From Octopus sinensis (taxonomy: Eukaryota): a DNA stretch of 64,000 bases. The number at the start of each line of letters is the position of its first letter. The stretch's first letter is position 1. The notes beneath the pieces were generated by a model, which had not been told where the DNA came from, ran no database searches, and saw only the letters and a program-made list of their open reading frames with translations. The stretch is from the NCBI RefSeq assembly GCF_006345805.1, contig NC_043004.1:103416001-103480000 (forward strand), in the 5' to 3' direction. Positions 13,182 to 26,084 of this stretch are shown piece after piece. Position numbers and translations under genes: made by a program.

Positions 13182-14184
13182 GCAAATCACCTGCAGAGTG
13201 TGATAGTCAATAAAATAGAAATAAAACCTTAGAATTTGTTCTTTCTGTGCAGTCCGTTACCAAACGATCCATACCCTAAGGCCAAATGATCTGCAGCCTC
13301 ATGGTTGGAAATATCTGTGAAAAGGTATTTGACAGTGGAAGGTTATATTTAATTTAATCGATTCGGTTCATTACTAGTACTTATCAATTTTGAAGGGCGA
13401 AGCTTTGTCCCACCTGTATTTCTGTACACTGGTAGATTGTTAGGATGGTCACATCAGGAGTGGGTAAGTTGGACTCGGAGTACAGCAGCTGCTATTATTC
13501 TGCATTTGTTGGTTGTGTGCTATAATCCTCAGCTTGACTGGCATATAAAAAATGCATCTGCAGGTTGCATCTTTCTACTGGACCAACTACTTGAAAACTG
13601 TAGGTTAGCCCAATCAGGGCTGGCCTGGTGCTACACAACTATAAAACAATGAGAGAGCCTCTACATGGCAGCTCAACTTGCTAAAAAATTGACAAAATTA
13701 CTCTATATTTTTAAGAAAGGAGTACATTCACTATGCCTAAAAAAAAACAGATGAGATAGTCATAGCTGGAATGCCTTTGTTGGTTTAAATTTTTCTCAAA
13801 CCTGTCTCACCAGCTAAAAATATGATGGTGGGATATTTGATAGTGTAATCCTAGGTATATCCTATCTGTGAAAAACAGATATCTTTAATTACAGGGTGTA
13901 ATTTTTTTACCTAATTAGGGGTAAACTAAATCTAAATAAACAAGAATAACTTAAAACATGACACCAGTATTTATAGCAAATTAAAAATATTAATTTTAAC
14001 TAAGCAAAGCATGCGGCTCTATATTTTAATGAATGCCTTTCTCAACGGTATTGGCAACATAAATGAAGTGAAATTTTATCCCAACGAGAATGGAAACGAT
14101 ACCAAAATCGACTTCCTGAGAGCTTATCTCTTCATAGTAGAACAAAAATGTTGATTTCATACAAAGATGTAGTTCTTTAGTTTA

Positions 14185-14385
14185 CAACGATCATTGTCAT
14201 CAACATTTTACCTTCCACTTTTCCATACTCATACAGATTAGATGAAACTTGTTGAGGCAGAGTTTTCTATGAACAGATGCCCTTCCTGTTGCCAACTGTT
14301 ACCTGTTTCCAAGTAAGGTAATATTTCCCCATAACCAGACATGTTTTTGCTGATGACTGGTACTCACATCAACTATCATGTGATA
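14185..14385 (-). mobile_element. SINE A-related subfamily (also about 765-960 and 5610-5790)
   Basis: Shared GATGCCCTTCCTGT...TTCCAAGTAAGGTAATATTTCCC block. Confidence 0.7.
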
Positions 14386-14672
14386 TTAAGGCAAAGAGAC
14401 AAGCACACACGTCCACCAGAATGGACGCAAGCACTAATATATGATATATGATATAAGTTATATGCTGTATAAAAACATGTAATATACAAATAAATATCTG
14501 TAAAAATAAAACCATCTGAATTTCTGAGTACCTCATTTCTTCTAATATAAAATACCTGTACATCATCTCCAAACCTAATATATATATATATATATATATA
14601 TACAGATCGCCATGTTGATTCGCTAGCTTCTGCACGCATTTTTTTTTTCTCTCCTTGTTTCTTTTCTGTGTA

Positions 14673-14710
14673 TCTTTCTGTTGAAGAGCGTAGGCTCGAA
14701 ACGTAAAAGA
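14673..14710 (+). ncRNA. Hammerhead-like motif with non-canonical core (U at position 6)
   Basis: TCTTT-CTGTTGA-A-GAGC(GTAG)GCTC-GAA-ACGT-A-AAAGA; all helices pair. Confidence 0.6.
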
Positions 14711-14806
14711 CTTGTTTTATTTATATTCCTGAGCGCCATGCTAATACAATTGTTTGTTTGTATTCCACCTGCCTTCGTCTTTTGTTTATTTTCATAAAGC
14801 TTCCCG

Positions 14807-14894
<88 letters not shown>

Positions 14895-15519
14895 CACATA
14901 TACATATACTTATATATACACGATGAACTTTTTTCTTTTTCCACTTACCAAATCTACTCGCAAGGCTTTGGCTGACTCAGAACTATAGTAAAAGACACCT
15001 GCTAAAGGTGGGCTAAACATGGCAACATGTGACAGGAATGCAAACTTCTTACCACAGCCACACCTACAACTGGCAATCTGCCTAGAAAATGGAATTACTG
15101 CTCCTAATTAACAGGTGATTTATTATTCCTATTTTTTTTGGAAAATATGAAATTGTCATCTTCATATTTTTCGCAATGATATTACGAATATGAATGAAAT
15201 GCAAGAGAAAATGAGTTGCTTGTAAAGAACCTATCAGCACTGAACAATGAAAAAGCAATCCTGAAACTGAAAACATCAGATGAGCATGAAGCACAGTTTC
15301 CTGCAACTATATATAATGCCATTTTAAAGCATATATATGCTGAACATACAGGGTGCTCCATAGGTCTTGAAGCACATTGCTAATCTATGTATGCTATGAC
15401 TTGATGTCAATACAAAATACTTTATACTTCAGTGTATTGTCTAGGATAAATCCTGTCTGCAGAAGAAATAGTGATGGAATCTCAGCACCACCAATTCCAT
15501 CTGACAAATAAATAAATCA

Positions 15520-15820
15520 TACAACCACATACATTTTTTCACGCTAAGAGTTGCTGAAGCCTGGAACAAACTGCCGGCATCAGTTGTTAGTTGTCGGAGC
15601 ACTGCATCCTTCAAAACTTCCATGCTTCCTGAGATTCGCCAACACTACACCTGATTGTCTCCCCTCCATACACACACAAGCATGTATCTGACTCATGCAT
15701 TTTTTGCTTTCCAGACATTTGTACATTACTGCATATACTTTATACGCACTTTTTGACAAGTTGTAGTGCACCTGAGCACTGTATACAAAAATTTCATTAT
15801 TATTATTATTATTATTATAT
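15520..15820 (+). mobile_element. CR1-clade LINE 3' end
   Basis: FFTLRVAEAWNKLPASVV...SFK then 3' UTR and (ATT)n tail. Confidence 0.8.
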
Positions 15821-16039
15821 AAGACATGGAATGGAGATCACAGCTGGAATGTGTCAATGATTGTTGTTACTGATGAAGTGAGTGATGCTGATCATAGAGT
15901 TGCGGCGCTGGTTTTTACCAAACTACTTTGCCTAAAACAAATCTTGTTAACATAACCCTGAATACTAGTGTACCTACTAATAGTAGGCCTGACACATTGC
16001 TCAGTTTAACACCACTTACACCTGGGCCTTACTTATTAA

Positions 16040-16290
16040 AGTTCTTTACTCTTTAAGGAGCATGGCTATCAGTAACTTTTCTCTACTGTTCTTGACTCGG
16101 GGCTGTCTTCTCCACTTCTTTCCAGTTGGATCTCTGCTTCATATGTTTCCCTGAGAGAAGGCCTTCCCCTTCCACCTCTATGTCTTGTTGGCCTTGAATT
16201 GTCATTGATGCTTCTTGTTTGTTTTTTTTCTTCTTGGTGGGGGGTTTTGGCCCTATGCAAACCCATTTTTAGCTTTGCAAAGAGGTGGTC
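16040..16290 (-). mobile_element. Decayed RTE-clade LINE 3' coding end
   Basis: RGGRGRPSLRETYEAE and WKEVEKTA...RKV resemble the RTE RT C-terminus. Confidence 0.5.
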
Positions 16291-16544
16291 CATATTAATT
16301 TGGCTTCTCTCCTTTGGCCTGTCCAGCGCGGGAGGTCTCAACAAAAAGCTTGTGTTTCACTAGCATAGCTCTCAGGGTCATTGAGGCACACAACACCACA
16401 CCATAACAAAGACTGGACCTTGTGGTGGATACACAGTTCTGACATTGGTAAGTCCTTTAACCCCTTGGGGGTTGTTGGGGCACTGCAGCCATGCAGCATA
16501 TCCAGGGCAAGAAAGCCTGGCAGAACCCATCCCTCTCTGAGCTA

Positions 16545-17315
16545 AACTCATTCCTGCAGCTGAGTAGACTGAAGCAATACGTGAAATGAAGTGTTTTGTT
16601 CAAGAACACAATGGATCGCCCAGTCCAGGGATTGAACCCACAATCTTACAGTTGTGAATCCAATATCCTAACCCCTAAGCAACACATCTCCATTAATGGT
16701 ACCCATTTCTACATCAGAGTGGACTGTAGCAATGTGAAATGAAGTGTTTTGTACAAGAATACAATGCACCACCTGGTCCAGGAATTGAAACCACAATCTT
16801 ACAATCATGAGTCCAACACCCTAACCACAAAACCACACACCTCTACACAGTTCTAGGGTAGCATTAATGTTTAAGGAGTTGACTCTGTTGCATGTTTTAT
16901 GATAAAAACCACCAGTTCCCTCACTTGTATATGTCCAGGCCGGGTTTCTGATATTATCAGTCTCACTAGTTTGAAACAACCCAGAAAGTTCTCCGAGCAT
17001 TTCTTCCCTTCTCTCTCCTGATATACCTGGCTCTCTGATGGTTACAACAATGAGCGTTCCAGTTGATTTGATCGACCAAGCAGCTTGCTTGCAAAATAAA
17101 TTTACAATTGGCTGAGCACTCCACAGACATGTCCCCTTAATGTAGTTCTCAGGGAGATTAAGCCAAATGTGACAAGACTGGCCCTTTGAATTTTTTTTCC
17201 AGCTGAGGGGACTGGAGCAATATGAAATAAAGTGTCTTTGCTCAAGGACATGACACACCACCAGGAATTGAACCCATGACCTTACGATCATGTGTGGAAT
17301 ACCTCAACCACTATA
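16545..17315 (-). mobile_element. Three stacked SINE E copies
   Basis: Repeated GTGAAATGAAGTGTTTTG.TCAAGAA...GGAATTGAA. Confidence 0.75.
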
Positions 17316-17634
17316 TTACATGTCTTCAAGAAAATTATCTCCTGAAACTTCGTTTTTGTATCTCCGGATAATTGATAAATTTCCAGGGAAGTGAAAGGTA
17401 AACGATATTTATTTCATGTGTTTACAAATGAAATTAATATATCTTACCTCTCACTTCAATTGAATTTTATTAATTATATATACACTCTACGACTGTGATT
17501 CTTAGGTTTTTAGAGGCATAGTGATGTTAGATTACATCCTAAACTTAACTGCTGTGTTACCTGACAGCCAAGACACCTGCAGAGAGCTCACTGTGGGTAG
17601 TCTTTGATTCCCTATTTCTATATTTATAGATACA

Positions 17635-18002
17635 GGTGCAGGAGGGGCTGTATGGTAAGTAGCTTGCCTACCAACCACATGGTTCTGGATTCAGTCTCAC
17701 TGCATGGCACCTTGGGCAAGTGTCTTCTACTATAGCCTCGAGCCGACCAAAGCCTTGTGAGTGGATTTGGTAGACAGAAACTGAAAGAAGCCTATCGTAT
17801 GTGTGTGTGTGTGTGTGTATGTATGTCTGTCTGTGTGTTTATCTCCACCAACATCGCTTGACCACCAAAGCTGGTGTGTTTATGTCACTGTAACTTAGAA
17901 TAAGTACTAGGCTTACAAAGAATAAGTCCTGGGGTTGATTTGCTCGACTAAAAGCAGTGGTCCAGCATGGCCACAGTCAAATGACTGAAACAAATAAAAG
18001 AA
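17635..18002 (+). mobile_element. Full SINE family B
   Basis: Head, (TG)n, tail. Confidence 0.85.
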
Positions 18003-18030
18003 TATATATATATGTGTATGTGTGTATATA

Positions 18031-18377
18031 TATAAAATAAGATTTAAGGTAAAAAAGCACAGTAATCTTGTTTGTTTAGATAAAGATTATTTAATCCATT
18101 ACAATAAGTACTGATTTGACCAGTTTTGCTTCACTAACCATAACTCAATGTTATGAAATCAAAAGAAGGTTTTGATTTAATCATGTGTAGAAGCAGATAT
18201 GAAACAGGTTCATACCTGCTTCTACACAAGATCAAATCAAAAACTTATGATTTCATAACACTGAGTCATGATTAGCAAAGCGAAATCGGTCAACTCTGTA
18301 CATATTGTAATGGATTAAATAATCTTTACCTACACAAGCAAGATTTCTGTGCTTTTTCACTTAAATCTTATTTTATA
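18031..18377. mobile_element. Long palindromic fold-back/MITE-like element
   Basis: About 170-bp imperfect inverted arms meeting at ATGAA-ACAGG-TTCAT. Confidence 0.75.
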
Positions 18378-18393
18378 TTTACCACCATGTGGA

Positions 18394-18463
<70 letters not shown>

Positions 18464-18464
18464 T

Positions 18465-18850
18465 TGAGTAGTTGAATGAATTATCTTATTAAGGATAATT
18501 CGAATTAACCGATACCTGGGTAGCAAATTCACATCAGAAAAAACACGGTTGAAGTTACGTGCCTAGGGCATAGATTACGTGCTTTCGTGTGGAAATTTGT
18601 ATGTTTATTTTAAAAATATATAAATATATGAAAGAATGGAGCTGAACGACGAATTAACAAAATTCCTTTATTTTCGACATATGTTTCGAAAGCTGCATAT
18701 TCCTAATTGCGATGAGAAAGCAGCATAATGTATTCCTTATTCCTTCGCAATTAGGAATATGCAGCCTTCGAAACATATGTTGAGAATAAAGGAATTTTGT
18801 TAATTCGTCGTTCAGCTCCATTCTTTCATATATTTATATATTTTTAAAAT
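18465..18850. mobile_element. Penelope-like-derived fold-back
   Basis: About 105-bp arms 18608-18712 and 18745-18850; only the 3' hammerhead half (GAA-ACATATGT); homologous to 41430-41720; (TA)n flanks. Confidence 0.7.
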
Positions 18851-18852
18851 AC

Positions 18853-18893
<41 letters not shown>

Positions 18894-18914
18894 GATATAT
18901 ATATAGATATATAT

Positions 18915-18969
<55 letters not shown>

Positions 18970-18971
<2 letters not shown>

Positions 18972-19185
18972 CATCATCATCATCATCATCATCCTCATCA
19001 TCATCCTCCTTTAATATCCGTTTTCCATGCTGGCGTGAATTGGACAGTTTGACCAGAGCTGGCAAGATGGGGATCTGCACCAGATACCAGTCTGATATGG
19101 CATGATTTCTATAGGTGGATGCCCTTCCTAATGCCAACCCCTTTACCATGTTTGCTGGCTGCTTTTAATGTGCCACGGGCACAAG
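18970..19185 (-). mobile_element. SINE family A
   Basis: Core and tail. Confidence 0.75.
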
Positions 19186-20022
19186 CACTTTCACATGGAA
19201 ATGTCAAACCTCTCCAAAACACTATTACAACTACTTAAAAGTTTGTGAAAATGTTTATCATTAATTACAGTAAGTTAATTTGGCACCAACAGAAAAAGAA
19301 TTTAAAATTCCAGGCACTTCAGAGAGCGAAAGTAAATAGATTGACTTTCTGTGGTTTTTATAAATGATTTCTTGAATTTTTTTTGTACAAAGTTATGTGT
19401 TCTGATGGTATTAGGACCCTGTGCATGTGTTATGTGTTTAGCTGCTGATGTTGGATTCCCATCAGCAGCTTCCAGCTTCATTTGAACTTTGACACTGAAG
19501 GATTTGGCAACTTTCAGGAAGTAAGCTATCTCTGTATCACCATGCAGCACTTTTAAGGCAATGTTTACACCATGACATTTCATTTGCTGAGTCAACATAA
19601 CGTCTGACATTATTCATCTGAAAAGTAAGTTGAAAATAAAAGAACAGAAGTTAGAAGAAAGTTAGAACTCTTGAAAGGGGTGTCCTCAAAAGATTTACAC
19701 ACCCTGTCATATTACATATGCCATTATCATGCACACCATATATCACCATGATCATCATCATCGTCATCATTTAACATTCTATTTCCCAAGCTGGCATGGG
19801 CTGGACTACTTGCATACTGGCATTAATATATATATATATATTATATATACAACAATATATATATATATATATACAGATATATCTATGTATATATATGTAT
19901 AATATATATGTGTATATATAATATATATATATATTGCATATATATGTATGTGTATAGTATATATATGTATATGTATGTATATATTTGTATATATATATAT
20001 ATATAAATATACATATATATAC

Positions 20023-20074
<52 letters not shown>

Positions 20075-20216
20075 ATATATATATGTGTATATGTATATAT
20101 ATGTATATATATATATGTATATATATATATATGTATATATATATACATATATATATATAATTAATTAATAAGGGTGAGAGAATTAGATACTATTTAATAT
20201 ATATATATAATATATA

Positions 20217-20309
<93 letters not shown>

Positions 20310-20389
20310 ATATATATATATATATGTATATATATATTGTATATATATATATGTATATATAATATATATATAAGTATATATATATACGT

Positions 20390-20706
20390 TTAAATATTTG
20401 TTGTGCAAGATTTTTTATGTGAAGTCGTGTGTTGAAACAGATATTGTTGTATTTAGGAATGGTCATTTTGCCAGTTTAGCCAATAAAAACACACGCACTA
20501 TATATTTGGAGAGACACAAATAAGTAAGAAGAAAACAAAGGACCACTGATGCGGTCACAGGAGTGTGACGAAAGAACTCTGGCTGAAATAAGATTAAGAT
20601 TAATGTAAAAAATAAATAACACTGAAGCAAAGTAACACCAAATATATAGAACGTGTGTTTTTATTGGCTAAACTGGCAAAATGACCATTCCTAAATACAA
20701 CAATAT
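20390..20706. mobile_element. Penelope-like-derived element with convergent inverted repeats
   Basis: 69-bp arms 20441-20509 and 20638-20706, inside (TA)n. Confidence 0.7.
20543..20582 (+). ncRNA. Hammerhead-like motif (CTGATGC core)
   Basis: CCA-CTGATGC-G-GTCACA(GGAG)TGTGAC-GAA-AG-AA-CT-C-TGG; perfect 6-bp helix II, A9 replaced by C. Confidence 0.45.
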
Positions 20707-20941
20707 ATATATATATATATTATATACAGATATATCTATGTATATATATGTATAATATATGTGTTATATATATATAATATATATATTATATATATATATA
20801 TATTTGCATATATATGTATGTGTATAGTATATATATGTATATGTATGTATATATTTGTATATATATGTATATAATATATATACATATATATATGCACACA
20901 CACATGTATATATATACACATACATATATATACACACACAC

Positions 20942-21008
<67 letters not shown>

Positions 21009-21024
21009 CACAGCACAATGAAGT

Positions 21025-21550
21025 GTGGACATAATATACCTTGACTTTGCAAAAGCTTTTGATAAAGTGGATCATGGTATGATATGCCACAAACTGCATG
21101 ATCTCAACATAGCTGGAAAACTCGGAGAGTGGTTACAATGACTTTCTGAAAGATTGAAATTAGGCAGTAGTAACCAATGGAGCCACCTCAAAGAAAACAC
21201 AAACAGTGAGCAGTGTTCCACAGAGCACTGTCTTGGGACCACTGCTTTTCATAATGGACCTCTCAGATATGCCTTTAGTTGTCCAGATAGCCACCTTTGC
21301 TAGCTACACAGACGATACAAAAGTCAGGACTCCAGCGATGTTGCACACTTGCCGTAGGAATTGGACTCAATTTACAGATGAGCTGAGGACAATAATATGC
21401 AGTTTAATGCTGAAAAGTTCCAAGCCTTGTGCTACCAGCATCCAAAACTGAATATAAAATGTACAGGGTCCACTGGTCCACAAAAGATGACAATCCCAGA
21501 GCCTAAATCAGTGAGGGACCTGGGTATCAACATGAGTAATGATACTCTCA
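21025..21550 (+). mobile_element. CR1/L2-clade LINE reverse transcriptase fragment
   Basis: [45 protein letters not shown]. Confidence 0.9.
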
Positions 21551-21784
21551 GAATAGTTGGCATTAGGAAGGGAATCCAGCTGTAAAAAGTTTGCCTGACC
21601 AGATTGGAGCGTGGTGCAGCCTCTGGCTTCCCAAGCCTCAGTCAAACCATCCAACCCATGTCAACATGGAAAGTGGACATTGAACGACAACGATGATGAT
21701 GATGACGACTTATATATATTTATAAATAAGGATAAGATTGATATTTAAATATCGATCTTATCAAGTGGCCATCATGGGAATAAA

Positions 21785-22240
21785 AATCTTAGAATGGTTC
21801 CAAGCTGGAGATTGTAGCCTTATCAATAAAGAGTGATCAGGCAGACCATCCACTACAGATGATGACCAAATCGAGTCATTAATTGAGAGTAACCTGCATT
21901 GCACAACCCGAGAATAGGCAGAAAGCCTCAACCTATCAAAATCCGTCATTCATGAGCACCTGGTAAAGCTAGGGTACACAAATAATTATGATATTTGGGT
22001 ACCACATGAGTTGAGTGAGAAGAACTTTTTGGATTGCATTTCCATCTGTGATTCGCTTTATAAACGGAATGAAAATGCACCTTTTTTAAAGCAAATTGTG
22101 ACAGGTGATGAGAAATGGATTATCTACTGAAATGTTCAAAGAAAGTGATGCTGGAGTAAACGTCATGAGCCACCCTTAGCCACTCCAAAAGTGCAATAAA
22201 AAAATTAATGAATGAGAAATAAATCTCCTCATGGATAAGT
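21785..22240 (+). mobile_element. Mariner transposase fragment
   Basis: Translates to DIWVPHEL and FLKQIVTGDEKWIIY, with stops. Confidence 0.85.
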
Positions 22241-22329
22241 AACTAGTCTATCGCAGCAAACTTCCTCAAAAGAACCTGGTATCTTTTCATAGCATATTTT
22301 TTCTTACCAACAATAAAAATACCTCTGTG

Positions 22330-22438
22330 CACACACACCACACACACACACACACACACACCACAACACACACACACACACACACACACACATGCGCACG
22401 CACACACACACACACACCACACACACACACACACACCA

Positions 22439-22504
<66 letters not shown>

Positions 22505-22524
22505 CACACCACACACACACACCA

Positions 22525-22573
<49 letters not shown>

Positions 22574-23300
22574 CACACAACTCCAACAGAAGTGCTGTAC
22601 TTGTAATTCAAAGGTTCAGTCTTATCACATTTTGTCATTTGGATTGAACTTGAGAATTTGAGAGAATAAGAGTACAAGTGTGTTGGGAATACTCAACCAC
22701 TTGCATGTTTAATTTAACAAGTAAGCAGTTCAGTTGACTGAACGACTGAATGCTTATCATTGAAATTTGATAGAGGATGCATAATGATGATGATGAGGAG
22801 GAGGAGGAGGGGGGGAGAAGGAGGAGGAAGGGGAGTAGGAGAAGGAGAACTATCGTGATGGTGATGATGATAGCAATGACGATGATGAGGAGGACATGGA
22901 TGACGATTATGATGATGATGATGATGATGATGATGATAGTGATGATGATGATGACGATGATGATGAGGAGGAGGAGGGGGAATATTGTGATGGTGATGAT
23001 GATGACGAGGATGTGGATGACGATTATGATGATGATGATGATGACAATGAAGAGGAGAAGGAGGAGGAAGAGGAGAAGAATGATGATGATGATGATGATA
23101 CCAACAACAATGACAACGATGATAAGGAGGAGAAAGAAGAGATAGAGAAGAATGATGATGATGATGATGATGACAGTGACAGCAACAACAATGATGATGA
23201 TGATAATGATGATGATGGTGATGACAACGAGGAGGAGGAGGAGGAGGAGGAGGAGGAAGAAGAAGAGGAGGAAGAGGACAATCATAATGATGATGGTTAT
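22330..23300. repeat. (CA)n array and (GAT)n/(GAG)n low-complexity array
   Basis: Direct reading. Confidence 0.95.
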
Positions 23301-23744
23301 CATTTCTATCATTACCAGTCACAAAACAATTAAATACCAGTTTTGCCTAAATTTTAATCAGCAGGTCCTGCCTAGAAGGAAATCCTACAATTGTGCTATT
23401 CTGATATATTTTTCTAACGGAAACATTAGATAGAAGAAACTAATTATATTTAAATATCAATCCTAATTGTTATGAGATAATTTGTAGAGCATCAGAAAAA
23501 AGGGTGGAGTATTAGAACTTAGAGCACAATGCTTAGAAACATCAAAAGATGCTGGTAACAGCTTGACAAAATCTAGCAGTTAGAGGTAAAAACATCTGTG
23601 AGTGTAAGGTTTTTGGCAATCCTGCTAATCTGTGGCAGGCATTTCATAGTGTCATTACTGTTTCTAAATGGAAAACTTTATTTGGAATTTAGTCTATTGC
23701 CTTAGTTCAATAAGCAGTCATTATACAAGAGGGTACTGTAAAGT

Positions 23745-24052
23745 TTTTGGCTTTCGGTGGCACGTGAAAAAACATTTGAGCGAGGTCGTTGCCAGTGCCA
23801 CTGGACTGGCTTCTGTGCAGGTGGCACGTAAAAAAACACCATTTGAGTGTGGCCATTGCCAGTATTACCTGACTGGCCTTCGTGCCGGTGGCATGTAAAA
23901 GCACTCTCGGAGTGGTTGGTGTTAGGAAGGGCATCCAGCTGTAGAAACTCTGCCAGATCAGATTGGAGCCTGATGCAACCATCTGGTTTACTACACCTCA
24001 ATCAAATCGTCCAACCCATGCTAGCATGGAAAGCGGACGTTAAATGATAATG
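23745..24052 (+). mobile_element. SINE family A
   Basis: Core, tandem units, tail. Confidence 0.85.
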
Positions 24053-24524
24053 TAAAAGAAAATGCAGGAGAATCAGTTAATAATGATTGTATTCAACATA
24101 TTCCCCTCTCAGATTCACACATGTATTGCAACAATCCTTCAGTTTTACTAAGCTTGTAAGAGAACTTGAAAAATTGGGCCTTCAACCAGGCCTTTTGTGG
24201 TACCCTTAAAGCCAGTATTTTTTCAACACCCCTTGTAAAAGACACTGTATTCGACAGCATATAAAATACAGTTTTGTTTCCCAAAAGATATCTCTGAACA
24301 TCACCCCTGAGTCCTCTATCTGAAGTTGGACCTATATTACAGGCTTTAACACACTGAAAACTTTCTTGTCCAAATATGCACTGTTAAAACCAGGGCTTTT
24401 GTAGAAGATACTTGCCCAAGTTGATGCCCAAGGTTACTTCAGTGGAATCCTCTGTTGCAAGGTTTTGATTGAGGTCTCCAGTTTGAAGATAAATTCCCAT
24501 CAGTCACAGAGCAGCCCTCACATG

Positions 24525-24711
24525 CACCAGTAAATAATGGCTAAGTAGCTTGCTTACGAACCACATGGTTCCGGGTTCAGTCCCACTGCATGGCACATTG
24601 GGCAAGTGTCTTCTACTATAGCCTCGGGGCAACCAAAGCCTTGTGAGAGGATTTGGTAGATGGGAACTGAAAGAAGCCCATCGTATGTATGTATGTATGT
24701 ATGTATGTATG

Positions 24712-24766
<55 letters not shown>

Positions 24767-25155
24767 GGAAAGTTTACAAAAATGAACTAAAGACGAAGGC
24801 AGGTGGAGTACAAACAAACAGATGTATTAGTATAGCGCTCAGGAATAGAAAAAGCCTTTTACATTTCGAGCCTACGCACTTCTACAGAAATATACACAGA
24901 AAAAAACAAGGAGAGAAAAAAAAATATATATGTATGTGTGTGTATGTGTTTGTGTGTCTGTGTTTGTCTGCACCAACATCGCTTGACAACTGATGGTGGT
25001 GTATTTATATCCCCGTAACTTAGCAGTTCAGCAAAAGTGGCCAATAGAATAAGCACTAGGTTTACAAAGAATAAGTCCGGGGGTCGATTTGCTCTACTAA
25101 AGGTGGTGCTCTGGCATGGCCGCAGTCACATGACTGAAACAAGTAAAAGAGTAAA
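24525..25155 (+). mobile_element. Full SINE family B with hammerhead element nested in its microsatellite
   Basis: Head 24525-24682, insert about 24762-24925, tail 24945-25155. Confidence 0.85.
24855..24892 (-). ncRNA. Second copy of the U6 hammerhead-like motif
   Basis: Minus strand TTT-CTGTAGA-A-GTGC(GTAG)GCTC-GAA-ATGT-A-AAAGG; flanks homologous to 14630-14810. Confidence 0.5.
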
Positions 25156-25369
25156 TAGATAAGAGGTCGTTGACATTGCCCTTCCCTTCAAGACTTTTAT
25201 GACCTTGAGAGACGTTAATCTGACCCCACTTCCCTGTTATATGTTCAAGTCGGAATCTAGACGTCTCAGTTTGGTAAAAGGGTACCAAAGCAGAACATCT
25301 ATATTCTGTTACATCTGAAGCAACGCAACGCTTCCCTATAAGCCTGCAAGAAACTCAACTACCGGGAAA

Positions 25370-25373
25370 TATG

Positions 25374-25404
<31 letters not shown>

Positions 25405-25696
25405 ATGTATGTATGTATGTATGTATGTATGTATGTGTGGTGTGTGTGTATGTATGTATATATGTATGTATGTGTGTATGTATGTATGTATGTATGTATG
25501 TATGTGTGTATGTATGTATGTATGTGTGTATGTATGTATGTGTGTATGCATGTATGTATGTATGTATGTATGTGTGTATGTATGTATGTGTGTGTGTGTA
25601 TGTATGTATCTATGTGTGTGTGTATGTATGTATGTATGTATGTATGTATGTATCTATGTATGTATCTATGTGTGTGTGTGTGTGTGTATGTATGAA

Positions 25697-25734
<38 letters not shown>

Positions 25735-26053
25735 CACATAAATACATACATATATATATTATTTACACATATACACACACACACACATCTGTGTGCATAT
25801 GTTCATGAATGTGTATGTGTGTGTGTGCATGATGTACACACATACATTTTATATACATATAAATATATTTATTCACACATATGTACATACATATATGTAT
25901 CTGAGTATATACATGTGTGCATGTGTACATGTGTATATGCATGTATATATATTTATGTATGTATGTATGTGTATGTATGTATGTATGTATGTGTGTATGT
26001 ATGTATGTATGTGTGTATGTATGTGTGTGTGTATGTATGTGTGTGTATGTATG

Positions 26054-26084
<31 letters not shown>

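Larger units (their letters stand above)
19825..21010. repeat. (TA)n-rich array with internal block duplication
   Basis: Block at about 19848-20020 repeated at about 20697-20880. Confidence 0.9.

Noticed and set aside
22635-23433. Long poly-D/E, poly-H, poly-I/L ORFs
   Set aside because: Products of (GAT)n/(GAG)n repeats, open in several frames on both strands
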